Below are positions 10,474 through 18,198 of a stretch of DNA of 32,000 bases, in pieces. The notes beneath the pieces are model-generated. The model saw only the letters and a program-made list of their open reading frames with translations, was not told where the DNA came from and searched no databases. The stretch's first letter is position 1. Every line of letters begins with the position of its first letter. Source of the stretch: Ignicoccus hospitalis KIN4/I (lineage in GTDB: Archaea; Thermoproteota; Thermoprotei_A; Sulfolobales; Ignicoccaceae); assembly GCF_000017945.1 (NCBI RefSeq), contig NC_009776.1, forward strand, positions 420,001-452,000, given 5' to 3'. Made by a program: the position numbers and the translations under genes.

Positions 10474-10536
10474 GGCATAAGGCCCGGGACAGAGTCATAG
10501 AGGGGAATTAGAGCGTTCGCCGCAGAGTGTAGGGCC

Positions 10537-11124
10537 TTGAGGAGGGCGAGGAGCGAGAGGTTGGCGGAGGAGGTGCTCCGATCCATGGGCTTCGAGGTGG
10601 TGAGCGTCAACGCGCCGGTAAAGGTCGGGGACAAAGAGGTGGCGGAGGTGGACTTGTTGGTCAAGCCCCCTCCCGGGCCCCTCGCGGTAGAGGTCAAGTC
10701 CGGAAAAGTGGACGTGAGCGCCGTCAGACAAGCGTACGCCAACGCGAAGGCCATAGGGGCGGAGCCTATGGTCATGGGCTCGGGGTGGGCCAACGAAGAA
10801 GCCAAGCTATTGGCAGACAAGTTGGGCGTCAAGTACCTCATGTTCGAGGACGTGATGGTAGCTAGCAAGGAAGAGCTCTACGACGTAGTCAAGGGGGCGG
10901 TCACAGAGGTTTTAGTGAGGTTCATAAACTCCTTGTACCCGGACGAACGCGCGTGCGTCATAGCGGAAGCGGGAAGCTTGGAGGAGGCAGAAAAAGCGTT
11001 GGGTAAGGAGGAGTTAAGGAAATTATTAAAGAGAATGGGCAGAGCGGGCGGCTCGGAGGCCGTGCTCGCCGCGGCGAGGCTCTCGTGTCTGTTGTGGAAG
11101 CTCTTGAAGGGGGTGAAAGGTTGA
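10537..11124 (+). CDS. PD-(D/E)XK (RecB/Hjc-like) nuclease-superfamily protein
   Basis: 195 aa; RRARSERLAEEVLRSMGFEVV...EVDLLVKPPPGPLAVEVKSGKVDVSAVRQAY matches the E...D...ExK pattern. Confidence 0.75.
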   Translation: MRRARSERLAEEVLRSMGFEVVSVNAPVKVGDKEVAEVDLLVKPPPGPLAVEVKSGKVDVSAVRQAYANAKAIGAEPMVMGSGWANEEAKLLADKLGVKYLMFEDVMVASKEELYDVVKGAVTEVLVRFINSLYPDERACVIAEAGSLEEAEKALGKEELRKLLKRMGRAGGSEAVLAAARLSCLLWKLLKGVKG

Positions 11125-12308
11125 CATGCCGAACGCTCGTGACCCACGTGGAGCCGGACGTGGGAGGGACCTCGGTGTACGCGCTAGTTGGCGCCAAGGG
11201 GCAGTGTTCTGAGGTCCGGGCCCCCAAGATCTTGAGGGACGTCGTGAGCAGGGCGAAGACCTACAAAATTCAGGTTATCAAGAAAATAAAGAACGCCCCG
11301 AAGAAGGTGACGTACGAGGACGGGTACTTGAAGTTCCTCTGTGAAAAGGAATGTTCCTTCGTCGTTAAGGCGTGGGCCCTCACGGGCGTTCCAGTAACCC
11401 CATTCGTTACTGACGTAGATATCGTTACCAATATGAAAAACGTGTTTACGTTTAATATAAAGGCGACCAAGGTGAGGGAGAGAGGAGGGGTGCTGGGCCT
11501 CCAGAACTTGGGCTCCGCCGTAGCGATAGACGTACGCACCTTTGACCCTTTGTCCAACTTCAAGGCTCTCTTAGTGGAACCCTTGTCCGCCCCGCGCCGC
11601 TCCTTCTACGCTTACTTCCCCGACGGGAGCCTCTACTTGGTGGGCCCGGACGTCAAGGAAAGAATAGCCGTCGTGAGGGACTTGATGGACGTGGTTTCGT
11701 TTCCCTACGGTTACTTGACTTCTATAATAAGGAAGGACAAAGTAGACGTGATCTCTAAGAGGAAGGGAACGTGGACCATTTTGAAGAGGGTCGAAGGAGC
11801 TGCCAAGAGTGCGGAGTGGTGCTTGGTTGACTCAACTCCCGCTCTAGCAATTTACTACGAGGACCACATATCGCTCGTCACCCTCCGGGAGGAGATAATA
11901 AACATAGCCGTAGAGGGGTGGAGGGCCGCCTCCTTGTCCCCGAACGCGGAGCTGTTGCTCTTGTCCACGGGAGAGGGCGTGAAGTTAATAGACTTAAACA
12001 GCGGGGAGAAGTTAAAGGAGTTCAAGCTAAAGGGGGTGGAGCTGATCTCTTGGTCGCCCTACTCCGACTTCGCCGCGCTGTGCTCCAAGGAGGCGTGTTG
12101 GATATATTCAAACTTGAGCAAGGAGATAGCTACAGTTAGGAAAGTAAGCAACGCAACCTCCGTCTGGTGGAGCCCTTCTACGTATAACTTGTACGTGGCG
12201 AGGGGGAACAAGCTGGAGATAACATTCTTCGACCCGCCCGGGGTCAAGGCCACGCTCTTAGTAGCTCGTCGCCCCATTCTTCGAGAAACTTCCCGAGAGC
12301 GTACTTGA
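11085..12308 (+). CDS. WD40/beta-propeller-like uncharacterised protein (actual start possibly TTG at 11121)
   Basis: 407 aa; blades LSPNAELLLLSTGEGVKLIDLNSGEKLKEFKLKGVELISWSPYSDFAALCSKEACWIYS. Confidence 0.65.
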   Translation: MSVVEALEGGERLTCRTLVTHVEPDVGGTSVYALVGAKGQCSEVRAPKILRDVVSRAKTYKIQVIKKIKNAPKKVTYEDGYLKFLCEKECSFVVKAWALTGVPVTPFVTDVDIVTNMKNVFTFNIKATKVRERGGVLGLQNLGSAVAIDVRTFDPLSNFKALLVEPLSAPRRSFYAYFPDGSLYLVGPDVKERIAVVRDLMDVVSFPYGYLTSIIRKDKVDVISKRKGTWTILKRVEGAAKSAEWCLVDSTPALAIYYEDHISLVTLREEIINIAVEGWRAASLSPNAELLLLSTGEGVKLIDLNSGEKLKEFKLKGVELISWSPYSDFAALCSKEACWIYSNLSKEIATVRKVSNATSVWWSPSTYNLYVARGNKLEITFFDPPGVKATLLVARRPILRETSRERT

Positions 12309-13002
12309 CGTCCGTCATCCCCTCGCCTTCGTAGCTCTTAGCTATAGCTAAGGCCTTCTCTAAGGCTTCGTCTATCTTGCCCTCCCTCACCATCTCGATT
12401 ATGTCCCTCTGCAACATCACGTACCAGTAGAGCCCGAACCTCCTCTTGGGGTCGTCTATGAGTTCCTTGAGCTCTCGCTTGAACCTCCTGGCAAACTCGT
12501 TTATCCTCTTGAAGAATTCGTTGCTCTTCAAGCACCTCTCAATTAGTGCGAGCGCCACGTGAGCGGCGACGCCGGAGGCCCCCTCGCTGGTCACCGCTAT
12601 CCTTATCCCGTCCACCTCCGCCTCGAAGGGCACGTGGACGTCGCTGCGGGAGGCCTCGGTGGCGTCGTTGACCAGTTTCCCCATCTCCTTAGCAATTCTA
12701 AATATCTTGTCGTTCACCTCTTTATTGTTTGTCGCTATTACAACTATGTCGGCGTCCTCAATGAGCTTCCTTATTTCATCTTCCCTCTCTAGGTCGGACT
12801 TAACCAGTTCTACGTTCAAATAATAAAGGTCCTCACTGAACTCCTTAGCGACGACCCTCACCCGCGCTCCCGCGTTGGCAAACTTCTGCGCCCTCCTGGT
12901 GCCCACCTTGCCCCCTCCGAACACGACTACAGTGAGCTTCGAGGCCTCGACGTACAGCGGCACGCGCATCCTTTCATCAATAGCCTCTGGCCTCGCGCGC
13001 AA
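12244..13002 (-). CDS. Precorrin-2 dehydrogenase / siroheme synthase N-terminal type (Met8-like); true start may be internal near MRVPLYVEA
   Basis: 252 aa; VPLYVEASKLTVVVFGGGKVGTRRAQKFANAGARVRVVAKEF, DIVVIATNNKEVNDKI, VNDATEASRSDVHVPFEAEVDGIRIAVTSEGASGVAAHVALALIE. Confidence 0.88.
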   Translation of the reverse strand: MRARPEAIDERMRVPLYVEASKLTVVVFGGGKVGTRRAQKFANAGARVRVVAKEFSEDLYYLNVELVKSDLEREDEIRKLIEDADIVVIATNNKEVNDKIFRIAKEMGKLVNDATEASRSDVHVPFEAEVDGIRIAVTSEGASGVAAHVALALIERCLKSNEFFKRINEFARRFKRELKELIDDPKRRFGLYWYVMLQRDIIEMVREGKIDEALEKALAIAKSYEGEGMTDVKYALGKFLEEWGDELLRAWP

Positions 13003-13060
13003 ATTTAACGTGTTCCTCTGATGTATCCGGGCTATTGCCGAACAGAGCGTTAGACACCGA

Positions 13061-13069
13061 CCTTTAAGG
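13061..13069 (+). promoter_or_regulatory. TATA-box-like element upstream of the mini-ORF/kptA/thg1 unit
   Basis: cctttaagg, about 35 nt upstream of the GTG at 13100. Confidence 0.35.
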
Positions 13070-13099
13070 GGCGGCTCGAATTAACGCTCGGGGTCTAAC

Positions 13100-13189
13100 G
13101 TGCAGACCGCAGTTCAACTCCCCAAGCCCAAGCCCTCCGAGGAGGAGCTCGAGCTCTACCTCGCGGAGGCGGCCTTGAGCTATAGGTGA
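13100..13189 (+). CDS. Candidate 29-aa leader/mini ORF, in frame with kptA but separated by a TGA
   Basis: GTG...TGA encodes MQTAVQLPKPKPSEEELELYLAEAALSYR; biased codon usage, placed between TATA-like element and kptA. Confidence 0.35.
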   Translation: MQTAVQLPKPKPSEEELELYLAEAALSYR

Positions 13190-13213
13190 AGTCGTCCCCG
13201 AGGGTCAGAGAGT

Positions 13214-13750
13214 TTGTTGGACGACAAGACGAGGGTTAAGCTCAGCAAGAAGATGACCTACCTCTTGAGGCACAAGGAGGGCTTCGTGGACCCGGAGGGG
13301 TGGGCCAGCCTGGACTCCCTCGTACGCGAGTTGAGGAAGTTTTTCCCGTGGGTCTCGAAGGAACACGTGCTAGAGGTCATTTCCAAGGACGACAAGGGGC
13401 GATACGAGCTGAGGGGCGACAAGGTGAGGGCGAGGTACGGACACACGGTGAAGTACGTCAGGCCGACCTTGGAGGAGTCCTACGAAACACTACTCTACCA
13501 CGGAACCTCTTGCGAGGCCGCGAGGGCCATACTCAAGGAGGGCATAAAACCTATGAAGAGGAACTTCGTCCACCTCACCACCAGCTTAGAGGAGGCTATA
13601 GAGAACGCGAGGAGGAAGGGTAAGTGCATAAAGGTCTTGATTGTGGACGGGGAGTGCTTGAGGAAGAGAGGAATAAAAATCTACAAGGCAGGGAAGCACG
13701 TAAGGGTGTGCAGCTACGTCCCGCCCGAGTGCGTGGTGGGAGAGGCTTGA
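13214..13750 (+). CDS. kptA: RNA 2'-phosphotransferase (Tpt1/KptA family)
   Basis: 178 aa; KLSKKMTYLLRHKEGFVDPEGWASLDSL, GRYELRGDKVRARYGHTV, LYHGTSCEAARAILKEGIKPMKRNFVHLTTS. Confidence 0.93.
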   Translation: MLDDKTRVKLSKKMTYLLRHKEGFVDPEGWASLDSLVRELRKFFPWVSKEHVLEVISKDDKGRYELRGDKVRARYGHTVKYVRPTLEESYETLLYHGTSCEAARAILKEGIKPMKRNFVHLTTSLEEAIENARRKGKCIKVLIVDGECLRKRGIKIYKAGKHVRVCSYVPPECVVGEA

Positions 13751-13796
13751 GCGCCTCCCCTACGACTGGCTGAAGGACAGGGAACCCTTCTCAAAC

Positions 13797-14285
13797 TTGA
13801 GGGTTGAGGGGCCCGTAATAGTTAGGATGGACGGCGTTAGCTTCGGGAAGTACTCCAAGCTGTTGGGCAAGCATAGAGACGAAAGGCTTCACAACGCCTT
13901 GGTCTCGTCCGCCAAGGAGTTGGTGGAGTACTACTCTTGCGACTCCGCTTACGTCTCCAGCGACGAGGTGAGCGTCTACTGCAAGCTCCCTCCCTTCGGG
14001 GGGAGGGTGGAGAAGCTGGTCTCCGTGTTCTCCTCCTTCTTGGGTTCCCACTTCTCCGTGAAGGTGAGTCCCCTCCCGCCGGGGTGGTTCGACGGCCGCG
14101 TGGTCTTGGCGGGCGACTGGAAGGCCTACGTTATGTGGAGGCTTAAGGTGACCGTGTGCAACTACGCCTCCTCCGTCGCGAGGAAGCCTTGTTCCCAAGC
14201 CTTGAAGGAGGTCCGCTTGCCCCCGGAGGCCTTCGGCACCCTCTTGGAGAGGGTCGAGGTGCTGAAGAAAGGCTACACCCGCTGA
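13797..14285 (+). CDS. Compact tRNA(His) guanylyltransferase / Thg1-like 3'-5' polymerase; start may be CTG at 13770
   Basis: 163 aa; RVEGPVIVRMDGVSFGKYSKL, DERLHNALVSSAKEL, AYVSSDEVSVYCKLPPFGGRVEKLVSVFSSFLGSHF, catalytic-type D and DE. Upstream in-frame codons read LKDREPFSNLRVEG, like the family N-terminus. Confidence 0.85.
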   Translation: MRVEGPVIVRMDGVSFGKYSKLLGKHRDERLHNALVSSAKELVEYYSCDSAYVSSDEVSVYCKLPPFGGRVEKLVSVFSSFLGSHFSVKVSPLPPGWFDGRVVLAGDWKAYVMWRLKVTVCNYASSVARKPCSQALKEVRLPPEAFGTLLERVEVLKKGYTR

Positions 14286-14360
14286 CGGGGGAGGAGGTCA
14301 CCGTAACTAGGAGGGTACTCAAGGAGTTCCGGGGGGAAGGGGTGTTGAGGCGCTTGGGCC

Positions 14361-14834
14361 TCACTCCTTCCTGAGCACCGCCACGTCGCCCAAGGTGAGC
14401 TCCGCGGGGCCTTGGAACTTGGGGGCCTCGCTCTCCTCGTACTCTACCTTCTTCACCAGCTCCACCCCCAGCACCCTCTCCAGCTTCCTCGCGAGCTCCA
14501 AGTCCGGCTCCAAGCGCCCTAGTTCTATCCTCTTGATCACGGTCTCGTGCTCCCCGACCTTCATGCCCAGCTCCCTCCTGCTCAGCCCCAAGCGCTCCCT
14601 AGCCTTCCGAACCCTCTCGGCGTAGTCCTCCACCACTACGTACTCAACGACCTTCTTGGTCTTGGGTTTCGGAGCGGCCTTCCGCTCCTTCTTGGGGAGA
14701 GGAGCGACCTTGGCCTTGACGGAGCGGAAGCAAGACTCGCAGAGCACCATTTCCGCGCCCTCTATGTAGACCCGGTACGCCTTGCCGTAGATGGGCCTCC
14801 CGCACATCTCACAATATAGGACGTTGCCCTTCAT
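14361..14834 (-). CDS. Archaeal multiprotein bridging factor 1 (zinc ribbon + HTH)
   Basis: 157 aa; CEMCGRPIYGKAYRVYIEGAEMVLCESCF, then YAERVRKARERLGLSRRELGMKVGEHETVIKRIELGRLEPDLELARKLERVLGV. Confidence 0.92.
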   Translation of the reverse strand: MKGNVLYCEMCGRPIYGKAYRVYIEGAEMVLCESCFRSVKAKVAPLPKKERKAAPKPKTKKVVEYVVVEDYAERVRKARERLGLSRRELGMKVGEHETVIKRIELGRLEPDLELARKLERVLGVELVKKVEYEESEAPKFQGPAELTLGDVAVLRKE

Positions 14835-14870
14835 GAGGTTCGTGACCCTTCTAGCCTTCTCCTAAACTTA

Positions 14871-14880
14871 GATTTTAAGT
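14871..14880 (-). promoter_or_regulatory. TATA-box candidate for the MBF1 gene
   Basis: Reverse complement acttaaaatc, about 37-46 nt upstream of the ATG at 14834. Confidence 0.4.
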
Positions 14881-14881
14881 T

Positions 14882-16429
14882 TTAGCGCCCGCTGGTCGCG
14901 ACGAGCGCCTTAGACTTGAGCTGCTCGTAGTACTTCTTGTTGTATATGCACCCCGGGTCCGGGGCCAAGGGGTCGTTGAAGTACCCGTAGGCCCTAGCCC
15001 TACAACCACCACATATCTCGCGGTAGGGACAAGTCCTACAGAAGCCCCACAAGTTGTTCCTGTCCCTCAGCTTCTGGAACAGCTCGCTGGTCTCCCATAT
15101 CTCCCTGAAGTCCTTCTCCCTTACGTTGCCCATGGGGACCGGGAGGAACACGCACGGGGTTACGGTGCCCTCCGGCTCCAAGGCCGCGTAGATCCTCCCC
15201 GCGCCGCAGCCTCCCACGAACTCCGCCAAGGCGCTTATCACCTTATCCATGTCCAGTTCCTCAGGCTTGCCGACGTACATGTGGGTGGGGGCCACTATCC
15301 CTAGGCCCGCTTGTAAGCAGACCCTCCCGAACTGGGGGGCGGTGCTCACTATCTCCAAGTTCCTCCTCTTCATCTCTAGGGCTATCTTTTTCAAGAACTC
15401 CTCCCTCTCTTCGGGACTCAAGTCCAAATCGATTATCTCCTTACCTCTTCCAGTTGGTACGAAGTTGAAGAAGACCACCCTCTTTATTCCTATCTCTTCC
15501 GCCAAGTCCAATATATCGTCTACCTCGTCCACGTTCAGCCTAGTTACAGTAGTTGCCATTGCCGCGTTCATCCCCAGCTCGGCCGCATTCTTCAGCGCCT
15601 TAACGGCCCTCTTCCAGCTCCCGGGGATCCCCCTGAACTCGTCGTGCTTCTTCGGGTCCGCCGAGTCCACGGAGACTTCCACGTACCTAACCCCGGCCCT
15701 CTTCGCCTTCTCGGCCATCCTCTTGTCCGCGAGGAGCCAGCCGTTGGTGGCCACCGCGACGTATATGAAGCGGTCGCTCAGCTCCTTGACTACCCTCCAG
15801 AAGTGAGGGTGTATGGTGGGCTCGCCGCCGCTCAAGGCTACGGCCGCCACCCCCGCGCGGTCCAACTGCTCTACTACGTTCAACTTCTCCTCCAAGGTTA
15901 ACTCGTTGGGTAGGGGCTTGTCGGCCCTCTGGTAGCAGTGCTTGCAGCGCAAGTTACACATGTTGGTGAAGTTCCAGACCACCAAGAAGGGCGCGGGGAA
16001 CTTCTGGGGCACCGAGACGCCGTAGAGGGCCAAGCCCTCTAGGACCAGTGCCAGCCCCCTCCTCACGGCCGGGTCGGACAGAGCTGCCTTGACCTCCTCT
16101 TCCTTTACCTTGAACAGCTTAGCAATTGTGGATATCGTAAACTTTATGAAGCTTTTCGTTAAGATGGCCGAAGGACAGCTCACCTTCTCCCCGGCGTACT
16201 CCGCCATTGCGAAGAAAGACACCCTCTCGGTGACCGTCCTTCCGCCTATCTCGCACGTGACCCTCTTGGAGGCCTTGCGCAACAAGGTCCTAGTCAGCGG
16301 GTTGTTGAAGGTCGCTCTGAGGCCGGCAAGGAACGCTCCCATTCCGGAAGTCATTGAACCACCGCTCTCTAAATCCAAGAACTCTAAATAAGTAAGTGGG
16401 ATAAGGTTTTCTAACGAGACAGCCGACAC
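14882..16429 (-). CDS. Radical SAM/SPASM-domain enzyme; likely real start ATG at 16354 (490 aa)
   Basis: WNFTNMCNLRCKHCYQRAD (CxxxCxxC), ALSGGEPTIHPHF, SVDSADPKKHDEFRGIPGSW, C-terminal Cys cluster CGAGRIYAALEPEGTVTPCVFLP...CRTCPYREICGGCRARAY. SD-like ggtgg before ATG at 16354 and a TATA-like acttattta upstream inside the longer ORF. Confidence 0.9.
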   Translation of the reverse strand: MSAVSLENLIPLTYLEFLDLESGGSMTSGMGAFLAGLRATFNNPLTRTLLRKASKRVTCEIGGRTVTERVSFFAMAEYAGEKVSCPSAILTKSFIKFTISTIAKLFKVKEEEVKAALSDPAVRRGLALVLEGLALYGVSVPQKFPAPFLVVWNFTNMCNLRCKHCYQRADKPLPNELTLEEKLNVVEQLDRAGVAAVALSGGEPTIHPHFWRVVKELSDRFIYVAVATNGWLLADKRMAEKAKRAGVRYVEVSVDSADPKKHDEFRGIPGSWKRAVKALKNAAELGMNAAMATTVTRLNVDEVDDILDLAEEIGIKRVVFFNFVPTGRGKEIIDLDLSPEEREEFLKKIALEMKRRNLEIVSTAPQFGRVCLQAGLGIVAPTHMYVGKPEELDMDKVISALAEFVGGCGAGRIYAALEPEGTVTPCVFLPVPMGNVREKDFREIWETSELFQKLRDRNNLWGFCRTCPYREICGGCRARAYGYFNDPLAPDPGCIYNKKYYEQLKSKALVATSGR

Positions 16430-16475
16430 TCAAAACCCTTGGACGCCGGAGGCGTAGGACGAGAGTGTCGAAGGC

Positions 16476-17579
16476 ATGTCTTGGCTCCTGCTGAGGCCCG
16501 ACTCGGTGGCGGTGTGGAAGGACCCGGCGGTGAACGAGAGGCTGAGCTGGTATAAAGACGTAATGTTGAACCGCGCCCAAGCTAAGTTCTTGATAGCGAA
16601 GTCTATAGCCGCCGAGGCGAGGCCGGAGGAGCTGAGCGAGAGGGAGCTCTGGGAGCTTCACTCGACGCTGAGGGAAGAGTTCGAGAGGAGGTGGGAAGAG
16701 GCCAAGAGGGGGAAGTGGTTTAAAGAGGTGAAGAACAATTTCTTAGACGTCAAGGTGGAGCTCGCTAAGAGGCTCTTGGGGCCCCCTTGTAGGCTGTGCG
16801 AGAGGCGCTGCCCGGTGGACCGGAGGAAGGCCAGGGGAGCTTGCTTGGTGGACCACAAGGCCTACGTCCACTCGGCCTTCCTCCACTTAGGAGAGGAGGC
16901 CCCCTTAGTCCCCTCCGGCACGATCTTCTACGGCGGCTGTCCGTTCAAGTGCGTGTTCTGCCAGAACTGGGACATAAGCCAAGAGAGGCCTACCGAGGCC
17001 CCGGCGCTGGGCCCGGAGGAGCTGGCGAGGGTCCAAGAGAGGCTCCGGCGCGAGGGGGCGAGGAACGTGAACCACGTCGGGGGAGACCCCATCCCGAGTG
17101 CCCACATCATAATTGAGAGCTTAAAGTACTTGAAGGTCAACGTTCCCCAACTTTGGAACAGCAACATGTACATGACGGAGGAGCTGTTAGAGCTGTTGTT
17201 AGATATAATAGACATCTGGCTCCCGGACTTCAAGTACTGGGACGACCGCTGCGCGTGGAGGCTGAGCGGCGTGAGGAGGTATAGGGAAGTGGTGACCAGG
17301 AACATATACAAGGCCGCCCAGAAGGGCGACATGATAATAAGGCACTTGGTTATGCCCAATCACTTAGAGTGCGATACGTTCCCGATACTCGAGTGGATAG
17401 CCGAGAACGTTAAGGATAAAGTATTAGTCAACATAATGGAGCAGTACCGCCCGGAGTACTTGGTGCTCAAGTTCCCCCAGCGTTGGCCAGACATAGCGAG
17501 GCCGGTGAGCGCGGAGGAGGTAGAGGCCGCCCGCAAGAGGGCCGACGAGCTGGGGATAGTGTGGAGGCCCGTCAGCTGA
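16476..17579 (+). CDS. Radical SAM enzyme of the PflA-like/AmmeMemoRadiSam-like class
   Basis: 367 aa; CRLCERRCPVDRRKARGAC, GTIFYGGCPFKCVFCQNWDISQ, NVNHVGGDPIPSAHIIIESL, DIWLPDFKYWDDRCAWRLSG, RHLVMPNHLECDTFPILEWIAE. Confidence 0.9.
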   Translation: MSWLLLRPDSVAVWKDPAVNERLSWYKDVMLNRAQAKFLIAKSIAAEARPEELSERELWELHSTLREEFERRWEEAKRGKWFKEVKNNFLDVKVELAKRLLGPPCRLCERRCPVDRRKARGACLVDHKAYVHSAFLHLGEEAPLVPSGTIFYGGCPFKCVFCQNWDISQERPTEAPALGPEELARVQERLRREGARNVNHVGGDPIPSAHIIIESLKYLKVNVPQLWNSNMYMTEELLELLLDIIDIWLPDFKYWDDRCAWRLSGVRRYREVVTRNIYKAAQKGDMIIRHLVMPNHLECDTFPILEWIAENVKDKVLVNIMEQYRPEYLVLKFPQRWPDIARPVSAEEVEAARKRADELGIVWRPVS

Positions 17580-18126
17580 GGGAGCGCAAGAACTCGACCA
17601 CGTGCCTCCTGACCAGCTCCTTCTCGGCCTCCGTAACCGGCTTGTGACCCATCCCGTCCACCACTACCAAGTGACACTCCTTGACCTTTTCGCAGAACTC
17701 CAAGCTCTGCTCTAAGGGCACCACCTTGTCCTCTGTCCCGTGTATTACGAGGATTGGAGCTTTGAACTCCATGTTTATGGGGCTCAGCTCTATCATAACC
17801 TCCTCGTCAACTTGGCTGGTTATGTCTTCGTATATCTTCGGAAACTTCTCTTTCAAGTGAGCGAGCTGCTTCCTCAAGTTCGTCGGAGGGGCGACCGCGA
17901 CCGCGGGCCTCCCCTTGGAGGCGGAGTGCAAGAGGGCCAAGGCGCCCCCCATGCTGTGGCCCCCGTAAACGTCCGCCTCCAACTCCTTGGTGGCCTCCCA
18001 AGCCTTCGCTAGGACGCTGGGGAGCGTCGGAACTATCACTTCATCGGCGACTTCCTTGAAAGCCTTCACAAGCCACTTTATCCTGGTGGGCGAGGAGCCG
18101 TAGCCGTGGAACACAGCCGCCTTCAC
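17572..18126 (-). CDS. Small alpha/beta hydrolase (predicted esterase)
   Basis: 184 aa; AVFHGYGSSPTRIKWLVKAF, GGHSMGGALAL, APILVIHGTEDKVVP, DGMGHKP. Confidence 0.87.
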   Translation of the reverse strand: MKAAVFHGYGSSPTRIKWLVKAFKEVADEVIVPTLPSVLAKAWEATKELEADVYGGHSMGGALALLHSASKGRPAVAVAPPTNLRKQLAHLKEKFPKIYEDITSQVDEEVMIELSPINMEFKAPILVIHGTEDKVVPLEQSLEFCEKVKECHLVVVDGMGHKPVTEAEKELVRRHVVEFLRSLS

Positions 18127-18198
18127 TCACCGCGCCCGCCGGGGGGCTGGCGAGTACAATATAACGTTTTGTCGTAGCCGACCGCTGGGACCCAAGCC

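Noticed and set aside
13003-13060. Possible C/D-box sRNA (ctgatgt near 13017, cagag repeats)
   Set aside because: No proper RTGATGA C box plus CTGA D box at suitable spacing; insufficient evidence.
16658-17359. Several ORFs opposite and out of frame with the PflA-like radical SAM gene
   Set aside because: Overlap a gene with intact catalytic motifs; compositional artefacts.
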